64,000 nucleotides of DNA from Trichoplax adhaerens (lineage: Eukaryota; Animalia; Placozoa), in contig NW_002060959.1 in NCBI RefSeq assembly GCF_000150275.1, positions 618,371-682,370 of the forward strand, given 5' to 3'. Below the pieces are notes generated by a model. It searched no databases. It was not told the DNA's origin and worked only from the letters and a program-made list of their open reading frames with translations. The translations under genes were made by a program, and so were the position numbers. Below are positions 27,531-41,744 of the stretch, in pieces (within the stretch, counting starts at the first letter, position 1; the number at the start of each line of letters is the position of its first letter).

Positions 27531-28566
27531 GAAGTCAATAGGTAGTTTATGCCAAATGAATGAAATAGCTAATTTCCTTCTTTATGATGAATCTCAATCG
27601 CATTTGCACTTATAAATTATTACCGATGTTATTTATTTACAATGTATAATAATCTTTTATTAGATAGTTTTTCTCAGTCTTAATTTAATGAATAATTATA
27701 AAACTTAAAACATTATAAGAGAAAGGTATTGAAGAACTTAAGTAACTAAACAGTCTTCTGTTTAGATCACTTTATTTGTTAGCGAATATTAAATTAATAA
27801 AATTTACTAGCTATATCCATTTGGTTTGAATATTTGAAGCATTTATTGTATTTAAAAAAGAAGATTGATGTTTTTCGTATATATAAATACACAGTAATTT
27901 GAAATGAAGTAACTCAACCCAATTGAAAGCACTGAGATTAAATAAGCGAAGCAGGATAACTTAGCGATTTTAATACGAATTTGTTTATCATTTCTCAGTT
28001 AATATTCAATAAACTTGCCTTAGCTTTTTCGAAAATTCGCATTTCAATAAAGTAATAAATCACTGTTATAAATTGTTCTGCAAGGCACAGTAAACCATGT
28101 ACAGCGGATCCCTATTGTCTCCTTGGACCTTCAGATTTTAAGAAAGTGCCTTCAAAAGAATATTATTTAGTAATAACGTTGCACCTTAATATACAAACAA
28201 TATAACTTATATTGGACTGCTTATTAAAATTGCAAGCTCTGTTTAGGCAAGTTTGCAATAGTGCTTTTACAATCTGTCACTTTCATTATATACAGATTCT
28301 CTGCTCGAATATTTTAAAGCATAAGCAACATAGTGCCAAATTACTATTAATGGTAATAAAAAATCTCGATAAATACTGTAATTTACTTATTTGGTTATGA
28401 ATCATCGTCCACAGTGTAACTAGCAGGAGATAGTATCTTCAGAGACACAATAGCTGCACGTAATACATTTTCTTTGATTATGCAAAAGCTAAGGCTTGAA
28501 GCAGCAATTATTAGCTCAAAATTTCACACCCTTTAATTTACGACACTTGATTATTAACTTTCTAGT

Positions 28567-29197
28567 TGTTACAGTGTTATATACTGTATTACAGTAGAAA
28601 TATCAATGTTAGGATAATTCTATTAGACTATCCTTATTTAGTTAACTTCTAATTTGGATATACTGTATTTTAATATAGCACTGACTTTTTATGACAGTGA
28701 CACTTATACACATACTGAAATTAATAGTTCTAATAGGGAATGCAAATCATCTGCTTACAGTTCCAATCATTGTGATTGTAATTTACTTATAGTAGACTGT
28801 AAATTATCATGGAAATGTTCCGTGATAGGACATATCGTAATCTGACTATTCTGTATTAGTCATTATATGTCTATGTTCGTAAATACTGTTGTCTGCATTA
28901 AGGGAGCAGTAGCTAAAATTAATATCTAATTCAGTAAATAATTCTAATGTTAATTGTATTAACTATGACTCATGAACTATTGAGGAATAGTATATAAATG
29001 CAGTATATCGTGAAATAAAGAAGAATTGTCCAACTTAGTGTTTAACGTAAAATACGAGGCGTTTAAGTCTTTGTGTAGTCTGCTAGTAGAGCAAAAGTGC
29101 TCGTGATAGTGCAGATATCGTTCCTTGATACGTAGTTCAAGGAATTGACTTATTGATCGTAGATTACGTTATCTTGTTGCAAAGCTGTTTTGTGACA
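28567..29197 (+). mobile_element. Solo LTR family B
   Basis: TGTTA...TGACA with perfect TSD CTAGT. Confidence 0.85.
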
Positions 29198-29928
29198 CTA
29201 GTATATATCGTAGCCGGTCAAATATTTGAATTGATTATAATTTAATGCAGAGTCAAATGGACGAAATCGAATTAAAATCCAAATTGAGATATTTAGCTTA
29301 ACATACAATGCACAAACTAACGATAGCAAAGAGTATAAAATGTTAAACAATACACTTTCCTTCATTGTTTACAATGGTTCTCAAACTTTGTTGATAATTG
29401 AAATATGCTATCAATACTAATATTTTGCAGCGAAAGATTAGACTATCAGGTATATGTAAGGTGTCGTAAACATTTCGATTATATTATTGATATTCTGTTT
29501 ACGCTACTGAAATGCTTAATACAATCCAGTTGAATATATTATTGAACTTTAACTATGGGAAAGTGGAAACAATAAGAGAATGCAATCTGTATATTAATTT
29601 AAATATTTAGTATAAATATTATAGATGAAATAATCGAAATAATGAGATAAAATTAGAGAAATTCTTACTAAAAAGTGCTCTCTTTTCAAGATCACTTAAG
29701 GCAATAAGACTTATGAATAACTATTGATTAATTTCCTCTTAACTACAAGCCTACAATATATCAATAATCTAAAGATCCTAAAGCAAAACAAAATTTATTC
29801 AATAGTACTCTTACATTATCATAGGAATAATTGTGATTTATCATATTAATTTCAGAATACTGATAATTATAATACGCACAGAATGGTGCTATGTACTACA
29901 ATAGCAATTTTAAACTATTGTCATTGCC

Positions 29929-29965
29929 TAATTATTAATTATTAATTATTAATTATTAATTATTA
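29929..29965. repeat. (TAATTAT)5 microsatellite
   Basis: Direct reading. Confidence 0.85.
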
Positions 29966-30850
29966 TCCACAATTTATACTGTATACGCCCATAATATAGT
30001 CGTAACAACCATAAGCTTGAAGGTTGTTTGCTAATAATTGATAAGTAATAACTTTTGTCGAATTGGAAACGCCTGCAAACATTTAGCTTAAGCTGTCTCT
30101 CTTCTCAGAAATGAATCGATCCCGCGATGGTCTTGCAATTACTTTGAAAATATCCATTTACTTTCTATTATAGCATAAATTTCTTAACCAATTAAAAGTA
30201 TGATTACAATGAAAGAAAAATTATTGTATTACTTGTCAATAGATTTGATGGCTGGCAAATAAACACTAATAGTATAAGGTATAATAGCAGTGTATACTTC
30301 ATTTCATAATTTTTCTTATCATTACTTTAGCTTATCCTCATTGACATCTATATTGTACCATAAAACTATATAAGTCGGCTCAAACTTGTTTACATCATTT
30401 TGATTTCAAGATTTGGCAAGATATTCAAACATCTCAGTAGCAAGCTTCCAACACTTTGATTTAATAATATTTGCAATGAATTTATTAAACACAATCATAG
30501 GTACGGCTAATACTTAATTCTGCTCAAAAGTACGTCAGGGTACCGTTTCTTTTCTGTAAATTTCACAAGTTTATCATTAAGCTAATTTATGCAAATATTA
30601 AATTGAGTGTTAAAGTTAAGCAAGAGAACTAGCCTCTTATAATATTTCATACCATTAGATTCCTTGCCAGGCGGAAACTAAATTATTTTAAACTCATTTT
30701 GAGCTACCACTTTAAGAGATTTTCATATCGTCAGCAAAATTTTTTTTGGATAGAAATAACATTGAAAGATCAAAGCTAACGTTACAGGTGCAGAAATTTG
30801 CAATCGAATTTGAATACAGTTTCTTGTTAATTTTTATTGTTGCATGCCGG

Positions 30851-31744
30851 TATAGTAGTGTGAGGTAGATAGATCAAGAATCTTCAAAACTTTAGAAAAA
30901 TTAAGATTTATTGAACAAAACCTCCTTTACGAAGATACAACGTAATCGATTAGCTGAGGAGCTCTAACGAGAAAGAACTATCTTACTATACTAAACTACT
31001 CGCTTATATACTTTTCCGCCTTTACAGTCTTAGCACCTGTGACATTCATTAATTAATGCATCATCAATATTATAATTTTGTTGTGTGATGAATCATATGT
31101 TGACACCTAGCTACTAATTAACTAATATTAAATGTCATAGAAAGTGTGTTGTGATTCTAGCTATAATAAGTATGTAGACTGGGTTATTAATTAATTACTG
31201 TTTTTGCACCAACGAAGTTGGTGAGGATATATAAAGTCTCAAAGTTCTTAATTGAGAGTTAGTTACGTTAGTCGATGACAGATGGTTATCAGTTGCTAGT
31301 CGTAATTGTAAGTTGTGCGTTCAATCGGACATTTTAATAAAATAGCTTCTAGAATAAAGTTTTGATCCTTAGCGTGAGTAATCTATCGTCTAAGACTCGA
31401 ATCTAAGTTTGGTTGATTAAAGAGTGCTTAGAGTTAGTTGCTTAGATAGTTAAGTCTACTTTAGAGGAAAGAATCCCGTTTAATTCTTGTGTTACGATCT
31501 CGGTTGTGACAGCACCTTACTTACTACACATTTCAGTATTATCATCTCAAATACAGGATAGTTTATACCTTTCATGTGAAGCTCTAGTGTGAGCACTGTA
31601 GCGCTTCTCTTCAAAAGGATTACAGTTACTAAGCTAGCTATATTTAATACTTAAGCCTCTAACGAGAATATCTATCATATGTTGAACACAACACCTACGG
31701 TAGACATTACTAAATATATCATCAACTTAGAATACAATATTACA
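30851..31744 (-). mobile_element. Older LTR-like element hosting the family E insertion
   Basis: Minus-strand TATA and AATAAA; left end resembles the family A terminus; boundaries approximate. Confidence 0.5.
31038..31511 (+). mobile_element. Solo LTR family E (young), nested
   Basis: TGTGACA...TGTGACA, TSD GCACC, TATATAAA and AATAAA on the + strand. Confidence 0.9.
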
Positions 31745-32122
31745 CTGTCTTACAAGTAGTAATAAGGTGAAACTGCTACATAAACGATTTTCCTATAAAT
31801 CCTGGTTAAGTGCAGCTGGTGAGGTTAGTCAATATCGTAGCCTATTATTGTGACCTAGATAAGATAGTTGCTTATTTAATAATAGACCTATATTTCATCT
31901 TGAAAAGTTAAAACTCCAGCAGCAAAGATTTGCAAAACAAAAATATCTGTTGCAGCAGTAAATATGATTCGATAAGGTTAACAAAGTGACATCCCTCATT
32001 AATTAAACCTTCAATTCAATTGTGCACTTTCAGTAAATTTTACACTTCATTGAACGGATACCTTAACACTTCGGTAGCACTCTTAATTTCTCATAAATCG
32101 AGCCACTTTTACCATCTAATTC

Positions 32123-33899
32123 ATGATTGCATTACTGCTTATATGTAGGCTGCATTACATCAATACCGTATAATCTTCAATCATTAAGTAACTTGAAATT
32201 GGCTATGGAACCAATTTTTACAATAAGTGTTTCAATCCTTAGCGTTCTAATTTGTTTTATTATTGACATGAAATATTAACTCCAACGAAACATCAGTGGA
32301 CAGTACGTTAGTAGCAAGAAAGAAACATTAATTTGTTGCGTTAGCAACGATATTTATATTGCTTTTAGATTATACTCTTATTACATGCTATTTCATTGCC
32401 ATAAAATATTTTAATGTCGATTAGAAAATTCATTAAATTAATTTTAAGTTTGGTTTTAAGCCGATAATAAAGTATTATTGTTACAATCTCATGGAAAATT
32501 ACTTGGTATGCACTTTGTCTCAGTCATATTTAAATTCTTTAGGTGTCATCTTGCTCATCTCTCTGAAAATTTATAGCTGTCAAACTATGCCGACACCAGA
32601 TGATAGACTTGATGCTATTGATAACATAAAAGAGAAGATAAGTTTAACAGTTCAAGAATCAGTAGAAATTTTAGGAGGAATGATTAGTGATTTTTGTGAA
32701 AATTCGCTTCGTGATGTTGAATACCGTTCTCCAATTATACTTATGAAGGTTAGCGAATATAAGCTGCTACACAATACTATATAAATTTAATTTCATTATG
32801 TAGGTATTTATTCATAATTTCTTAGTGAAAGAGCATTCTTCAATATGATAGAAGAATCAAAGAGTAGCTATAGCTTTGATTTGAAACTACTACTACATCT
32901 AGTATCATAATAACAATGCAGTATTAATTTTAATTTCTGAAATATTATATGTCAATCAATCATAACATAATAATGATAATTAAGGAATATCCACATCTTT
33001 CTAATTGATAAGCATTTAATACGAATTATCGTATTTGTAACAGGGTACGAAAAGAAATCATGGCCCTTTACTTCCTCAATCTGAGAAAATTTTATCTAAC
33101 CTGACATACAATATTGGAAAAATTATTATGACTGGGGGTTTACTTGATCAACTAACAACCTGCTCTATGTCAGCATCGAAAAACAAAGCCTGTTCTTTTG
33201 TCAAATTGCATCATAATTTTCATAAAATATTGGCTAATCTACTTCCAGTGGTAAACTTTTAAATTGATAACTAATCGGAAAGCAAATAGCTAGTAGAAAA
33301 TAGATAACGCATGTATAAAAAAATCCCGTGCATATGTCAGCACGGAATTTTCATCCATTTCTGGCAGATCTTGTTCTAAACAATTACTATTATGATACAA
33401 ATTAATTAACTTTCCTGACATTGCAGTTATATCCAACGCAGTGCAAAGAGAGACAAATGAAGCATTTCAAAGAAGATGGAAGGTATGTCATATAGTAATA
33501 TTGATAANNNNNNNNNNNNNNNNNNNNNNNNNNNNNNNNNNNNNNNNNNNNNNNNNNATACGAGTATACTATACACACCGTATCTTTCCATAATCATTGC
33601 TCAGAAAGTTGTTAGTCCATTAACTATAAGAATTTTTTGAGGCAATTTTAAGTGAAATATTACGGTAAAGCATAGTAATTGCGTTATATTTTCTTTTAGC
33701 TCTGTTAATACCATATCATATATTACCATAACTAATATATTTGCATTAACAGCCTTCCTTTACACATTGGATTTGCCAACTGTCTCACTTACTGCAAAAT
33801 AATAAAAAAGGAGAAATGAAATTTAACGTCTTAATATGTAACATGATCAATGATACAATGTCAGTTGCACTAAAAATTCGTGAATTTCTCGGCATTTGA
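32123..33899 (+). CDS. Paralog 3: 5-exon secreted cytokine-like protein (~225 aa). e2 32543-32748, e3 33044-33250, e4 33427-33482 (1 nt short), e5 33753-33899; e1 uncertain (32123-32144, 32205-32226, or read-through from ATG 32491)
   Basis: VILLISLKIYSCQTMPTPDDRLDAIDNIKEKISLTVQESVEILGGMISDFCENSLRDVEYRSPIILMK/GTKRNHGPLLPQSEKILSNLTYNIGKIIMTGGLLDQLTTCSMSASKNKACSFVKLHHNFHKILANLLPV/LYPTQCKERQMKHF.../PSFTHWICQLSHLLQNNKKGEMKFNVLICNMINDTMSVALKIREFLGI*. Canonical splice sites. e4 is 56 nt versus 57 nt in paralogs 2 and 4 and ends 25 nt before an N-gap. Confidence 0.75.
33508..33557. other. Assembly gap (50 N) inside intron 4 of paralog 3
   Basis: Run of N. Confidence 1.
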
Positions 33900-36165
33900 A
33901 AGTAATTATGGTAAAATTAAACCTTGCTTTCACCAAGATTTTATTATCAGTTTGATTTGAACGCATTGCTGGCAGATACTACAGATATAAAATTAACCGA
34001 TTAATAACCTAAAAATTACGGTAACCTAATTGCTTCAACAACAAAATACTAATTTGCTTACTGCAGCATTCATGAAGTAAAAATCATGATATCATAAAAC
34101 GTATACGTGTTCATTTATACGGTATTAAGGATGCTAGCTTTACCATTATGCCTAGACTTGGGGACAGTTTTTCTCCATAACTTTTAGTAGTATGTAATTA
34201 AAGTTCTACATGCTATTAATCTCAAGTCTTTTTCCTCACTCTATTGCGTTAATCAAATAAGTGGTCATCATTAAATCTGAAGATATTGAGCTGTCTCTCA
34301 ATCGGAGAATCCCAATCACAAATCAATTACCGAATTGCGCAAAATTTTTCATGCAGCAGTTCTTTAGCTATAGCATGGCAATGCGATGATGTTCGCTATT
34401 AATTATATTAAACCTAACAGTTTGATGTACGAATAATAATTTCTTAATGTACTCGTCAGCGCTAATATAGACGGTAATTTGCTTGATAATATTGCATTTA
34501 CTAACCTAAAAATCGTATTTATGATGTTTTGGGTATCTAACTTGGACTACGTATAGTAGATATTTTGAATGTGTTAGACTAATTTAAAATACTTGAATTC
34601 TCATTTTGGCAAATGCAAATAAAAACTTTAATGCATTACAGTATATCATTATTAGTTTATCTGTCTTCATTTTACGTAATGTATTAGCACAGATCCTGAA
34701 GTAAATTCTAGCCTTTAGCTGAAGATCAACTGTATGGCTATCCTTTATTATAACTTTGTTCAGTATGAATAAAAGTATTCATTGAGATCATATTATAACC
34801 AAAAAGCTTTTATTGAATCCATTATTACCGACTAATTGTTCCTTTAGGAGTATTATATGTGTTTCTAATCGAAATACTTGGCGATAATACTTTCTAACTT
34901 GTCTCCAACTTCCATAGGCAACTAATTTTCAAGCTACAATTAAAACGAAAATACAGTTTATGAATACTTTGATAAACTACATGTGTTAATAAGAGCTCGC
35001 TTGTGAAACAATATCAGAGTAACAAGAGTCAGCATAAATAATTTAGAATTCTTAATATTCATTAAATTTTAGACTGTCTTCCTCCAATAGCAGAATCGCA
35101 ATGATTCAGTAAATTACTTTCAATAATAGTATTCATTGAACCGATACCATAGCATTGTACCTAATTTTACTGATATACGAGATATACGAGTAGTTAGAAT
35201 AAGGTACTATTTATGCATATAATACTTTATGTAGCATTGGAACCAATAGACTCTTTTAAGCTTTCCAGTGCCATAAAGAATTTGAATTTATTTATTGTTC
35301 AATATTTAACACATTCCTAGGTATAAAAATATGAAGAATGAAATCATAAAACAAGAACTTTACATTGTGGAAGGCAATCTGCCATATTTGTCGATATTAG
35401 TTAAATCATAGAATAGAATCAATAGTTACTGCTCACTTTCATTTGTATCAGCAAGTTAGCTTAGTGATGTTATCAATTCTGATAACGATGGACAATTCCG
35501 GTCATTAAAAAATTCTTCGTTGCTTCCTAGAATGTGAAATAGACGAGCATTGATCCGCTTATTTAACTGATTAGGTGATTTTCTTGTAAAGACAACTTAC
35601 TTTGCACGCAAAATATCTCGAAAATAAAAACTTCATTACTGAACTTTTAATTAGCCTACATCAATTTTTTCATTTATGTTTTAACAATTTTATTCATCTT
35701 TTATGTTTCTGCATGATAGAGTTACCTTAAGCATACGCAGACGTAACAATAATGAATTTTCAAATGTGTATAACAATTAAACTCTTTGATCTCTTTTATA
35801 TAATACGGTCAAATTAAAGAAAGTTCTAGAGAAATCAATTATATTGCTTGACTTGATAGCTCCTCATTGTCACTTTACATAAATATGATGGAATCCCTGA
35901 AATGATGTTTTAGAAACTGTGGACTTCAAAACAATTCTGGAATAAGGAACTATCATCGAGCTCTTTCAATTATATTTTATAGGGTTGCTTCTGAACAATA
36001 GTGTCAATTAGTTCATGGAAAAAGCTACTTCAGCATAAATTTCGAGTATTGAATGATAGAGTAATGCATAATTAATATAAACCAATGTCTTAAAAATTTT
36101 ACCAAGCATGTCAAACATTTAGCAATCCAAACCTTCACATATTATTTTAGTTTAAAAAATATTAC

Positions 36166-36720
36166 TGTAGTGTAACTAGTATTGTGAATGTAGACTGTTA
36201 GCCATATTTAGTATAATGTACGGTAGATATTTATCCTAAGAGATATTTGGTAGCTATAACTATAGACTGTAGTGGTATAGACTCTATGCTAGAGTACACA
36301 TGACTATATGCAGTAAGCTGTTGAGTTACTAATAAGGCTATAGGTAAAAATAGAACTGTAAATCTTATATTAGGGTATGGTTAATTCATTGTACGTTGGC
36401 TGGTGTGAATAATGTCTACGTAAATACAGTAGTCGTATTCATATCGGATTAATGATGGTCCGCAGTCGAATAGTCTTACTAAGAATAATTTAACTATGTG
36501 TAAAATAAGATAAAAGGTTGCCATGCGGATTGTAGCTGCGAATGCTACGAAAAGTATAAAAGCATGCAACTTTAGATTATTCTGTTAGTTCGTTCTAGAA
36601 GTGTTTAGTAGTAGTATTCGGCTAGAGCAGAGCTGTATGTAGTTAATCTTTGTATAAGATTCAATGAAGCCCTCCCTTACTTTTCTAAAATTTAGAATTT
36701 CGTGATTGGTATATATCACA
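36166..36720 (+). mobile_element. Solo LTR family A
   Basis: TG...CA with perfect 5-bp TSD ATTAC. Confidence 0.88.
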
Positions 36721-39700
36721 ATTACCTATTATCCTTTATTAATCGTGATGGTAGTTAAGCATGATAGAATCTTACGCGATAGAATACGGTAAGATTATAA
36801 GTTAAAATTGTTAAATTTGATGAAGACAATAACAAATCTGAAACAATACTAGATAATAATAGAGCTGAGCTAATTTCTGATTTTTTATTCAGTACTTTAT
36901 GAAGTATGCAAATCGGCCTTTATTTCTTAATGTTACATAATGTAGTAAATCTTGTAAAGTAGTCTAAAAGATCACTAATAGGTTTTTATTCATTTTACAT
37001 CAAATTTGTAATTTGGTCTTTATACAATATATCTTAATCATAAATGAAGTACTGTTGGAAATAAATTATACTAGATAATGATTGATTACATAGCATACTA
37101 CGACAAATCACCAATTAATACGTACACTTTACCAGTCATTATGTAATCCCTTTCAATCAGTTCTATTCTCCATCCAGCTGTCACTTTGAACCTTACTTTT
37201 ATTCAAATAATAATTATAATAAATTACTTTCGATTTATATTGATAGAAAAATCCCTAATAATGTACAGATAAATAATGAAAAACTTCAATATTGAAATTT
37301 ATAATATAGATACATTATATTCACAATAATGATTAATAATCATCTACGCAGCCATTCAAATATATCAACCATCATTTTTCCTCTCTTTAAAGCAATTTAC
37401 TGGAAAATGATGAAATTATCCGTTATTATACATTGTCATGAATACCTTCAACAAAACATCACAACTTTTCATAAAAATCTATGTTTATCAGGCCTTACAA
37501 ATTCATAAAGATATTAGTTTCTTTTCCTAATTTATAATGAAAATTGTTTTTAACCCATTGATTTTTCAATGCGGTCAGAAATTTAAAGCTTTTATCTATA
37601 GCAATAAAGCCTTAGAGAAAAAAAATCAAAATCAGCTTTGAAATTAATACTTTTAGATCATTTCTGAACTGTAAACAAGCGAAAGATAGAAGATTTTGCT
37701 TAAGATAACTTTTCTCGAATAATCCTATTATTTCGAAATCCCAAATAGCTCATTAGCCATGGACATTCTTCATCTAAATTATGAAAAATCCAATTTTAAG
37801 TCTTTATTGGCTAGCATTGAATTAATGGTAACAAATATTTTTAATTTTAATTTCTTTATACCAATATATTTCGTATAAATGCATTTGATACGGTGGTTTT
37901 ATTTATAAAAATTATAGCAATTCGATTTATATTGAGAATTATTGATGGCGATTTTTCTTGTAAAACACAATTTACAACTCATAACAAATGAACTGCTTCA
38001 GTATTATCATTACTAATTATCAGTATAAAATTCATTAATAAATGTTAATTGTGGATTACCTTCGAGTCTAGAGTAGAAATAGAAATCAAAATATTGGCAT
38101 ACTTTGACAAAAATACTGCTTTAAATAGGTTTCATTACTGTAGCAAATATCACCTGTCTTTATTTATTAGAAAATAGCCCAATATCTCTAAATTAAATCA
38201 AAAGAAGTAAAATTTTATAAGTTGAGCACAGATTAGCACTTGGAGTATTGAACTAAAGTTAAATAGAATTCCAACTCTGACCATGCTAACTGCAAAACAG
38301 AAGAACCAGATAACTTACGATCATGCTTAAAAATCTCCTATACTTTTTGTTTACTTTTTTCTTAACTTTCATCGCATTAAATTTAAATGGATAGACGAGT
38401 TAGTTCCGGACTTGATAGTCTTACAACATAAAAATTCTTTTAAAACATCACTAATATTCTATAGATTCTGATTACAAAGTTATAGCCTGTTACTTTCATA
38501 ACCTTAAACATTACAAGCAGAATCATGAACATAAATGAACAGCAAAATAACTCAACCACATATTTTTGAAATTAATTTATGAATTATTTATAAAATTTGG
38601 GGTCCTTTGCTATTTGCAATCTATTCCCTGTTTTACATCAGTAGCATCATCTCAGTAATGAAATATGCTTTTAATATGAAAGTAATAACAAAATTCTAAT
38701 ATCTATAAAACTGTCATTGATTCAGCCAATTTTTAGGTTGTAATCGCTTATGTTGACAATAGGTGATCTATACAGCCGGCTAACATTGCTTTAAAATTAA
38801 TATTTCCGTCGTACAGTGCTATTTGGCTGTAGCAACGTAAATATGTAATTAAATTGTATCCAAAACAAACCCAAAATTTAAAGAAAGGTAATTCGAAATA
38901 AACTGAGTCATATTATTTTCTGGTTACTGGCCACGTTATGCCCCAAACAATGCGGAGAATTACTAACGCTAAAGGAGGACTAGCACCAGAACATACATAC
39001 TCCAATTAATATGCTAAGTGTTAATAATTTTTACGTTATATTTCAGTAAATCCGTTTAATCATAGTTGAATGATACAAATTAAGGCACTTTCTACGAAAT
39101 TTAATTCTGTTATCCTTATGCAAAAAATTAAATTACTAAATCGCACAAATTCCAGTAACTAAGATCACAATACCACCATACATTTAATCTCATTTATTGC
39201 AACAAAAATTTAAAATCAGAAATAAGTTATGATAAATGCTGTTTAATACAGGTAACTCTTATTTTCCAATTGCCCTTTAATAAATAATTGATCAATATAA
39301 GTAGCTGAAACTGTGAGAAATATTGATTGTGCTTGCATTATTAAGTTTACATCAGGCAAGCTTTTGCTTCGCTCTACTATACAACTACGATAAGAAGATC
39401 ATATGATTCCAATATATCAAATATGATCATGAAATAACGTTATAAAATCTATTCTGGATCATAGTCAACTCCAAACGAAAATTCATTTAATAGATCAATA
39501 GAATAATAAGATGTGAATAGAACATTGCTTACAATAATGAAGACTTTAAGCTTTACCCGGCTTTATGCGAAATTATCTAGACTGGTAATAAGTTTAATTA
39601 AAATTTAACTGTAATCAAGACAATTCTCTCTTACCTGAAAGGGTTTTAATCTTATTAATTAGTATGTGCAACAATCATCAAAATAACTTAGATATTTGTA

Positions 39701-39809
39701 AGATCAAATATGTTAACAACAAATTCTACAATAGCGATTATTTAAATTATTTTATCAATCCTTTACTATGAATGAATAAATCAGCTATAAAAATTTAAGT
39801 TTTTCGTAC

Positions 39810-40362
39810 TGTCATGGTACGAACCACCGTGAAGAGTAAATGACTAAATTTAGTGTTTAACATTTATATATGGAGATGACTAATGAGGACTTACATTAAG
39901 AACTGCCGCAGTTATTATTTTACTACAGTAAATTATGTTATATTGTAGTAAAAGTTCTCATATGGTAACTAATATTAATTGATTATGGTGCAATGTCTTA
40001 CAACGCTTGTGATATTCAATTATAGATGATCCATAAATAATTCTGTGTGTGGACATATTTTAGTCTAATTATCTAGAATTGTTCAGTAAATGTCCAAAAT
40101 TATGAGTAATGTCTGTATTAATTTAGCTATCCAATACGAGCTAAACTTCATGAATTGTTATGACTCATGCAATATAGCTGCTACCGAAGGGTATTTGAGC
40201 TCGGCAGATAGTTGAACAATAGAATATTTGAAAAGATGTTGTAACGTAGAAGTAAAGATATCTAAATTCTTGTGAGGTAGTTAAGGGATACTGAATTCCG
40301 AACACTATAATAATTTCGAGATTTATTTTACGTTATCTTCGTCACGAAGCTGTTTTATGGAA
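39810..40362 (+). mobile_element. Solo LTR family C (long subfamily)
   Basis: Collinear with 26966-27530; 3' end degenerate. Confidence 0.78.
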
Positions 40363-40606
40363 TACATATAACAATGGAATGTACGCTAAGATTTTTGATA
40401 TAAATTGCTGTTTAAAATAAACCAGCAAAGAATTAAAAGCACAGACGCCTACGTATTTGTGTTACAAAAACAATCGATGAACAGCAAATTAACTGCCAAA
40501 AGTGAAAATTTTTAATTAAATTATTGGTTTACAACTGAAATTACCAGAACAAATCAAGATTAAACGACCTTCCGTAAACAATCAAACTAGTAATAGAAAA
40601 TCTTGG

Positions 40607-41048
40607 TGTCACAAACCAGCTTCGTGACAAGGATAACGTAAAAAAAATCTCCAAATTACTATAGTCTCCAAGATTCAGTATCCCTTAACTACCTCACAAG
40701 AATTTAGACGCCTTTGATTCTACGTTAAACTCAATTAGACAATTGAGAACTGCTTTATTCAACTATCTAACGGGTTTATATACCCTTCTACAGCAGCTAA
40801 CATTCATGAGTCATCTTATAAAATTACTTAGGTGAGAATATCTACTAACTAATTTTTCACAGTTGGACTACAATATGTCCATTCACAGAATCATTTCAGT
40901 GCACATTACAGCTCAGCATTAAATTTACTGTAACACATTTATAATTAGAGTAATTCCTACTGTAAGTAACTAGTTGTAATATATTATCACCATATTATAT
41001 TAACCAAATTTAAATGGCTATTTCTTCACGGTAGTTCGTACCGTGACA
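40607..41048 (-). mobile_element. Family C LTR with adjacent polypurine tract (3' LTR remnant)
   Basis: Minus strand reads AAGCGAGGGGAA-TGTCACGG...; no matching TSD, as expected for a 3' LTR still attached to internal sequence. Confidence 0.8.
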
Positions 41049-41744
41049 TTCCCCTCGCTTAAAATTTAGCTCAGGGTTACAAATTTTAATCATAAAATTT
41101 TAATTACCTCATACGGAAGTAATTTTAAAATTATTTACAATTAATTATATTAAGAGGAAATTACGTAACCTTTTCACGATATCAAGGCAGAATTAAAATG
41201 CGATCTCTACGCTAATGTTAGACACTACATTATAGAGACTAGGATAGGAATATCTTTATTAGGACAATTTTGGGGGTTACCCTTATTTAGTCAGTTTCTA
41301 ATTTAGATACACTAGTATAAACTCCCGTCACTTTGCTGACGGTTTACGATAATGTACCAGATATTTTATTAAAGGTATAATATAAATGAAATTTATTGCT
41401 AGATATTGGTATAGTACACTGTAGAGTCATGGACTACTCAATAAGTATAGCAACATTATTTTCGTATTAGATATTTTAGTAAAGATATAAATGAAGTATA
41501 TCGCTAGATATGGGTATAAACTACTGTATTCACACATTACAAAATCATCGATTGTTGCTATGGAGTCAATATCACCTAATCTTCCTATTCGATGTAATTG
41601 GCGATGATGATAGTTTCTCCTTAGATTACCAGCTGACTGATTCTGATCTCTAGGAATACTATCTACTTCAGAATTCCTAATATTATTAGAGATTGATTTA
41701 ATGTACGTACTGATCGTGCATTTTCACGTTCATTTCGCTTTCGC

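Noticed and set aside
28654-28845. ORFs at 28654, 27262, 36381 and 61025
   Set aside because: All are within LTR-like elements; the 16.2 kb sister copy of the 28654 ORF has an in-frame stop.
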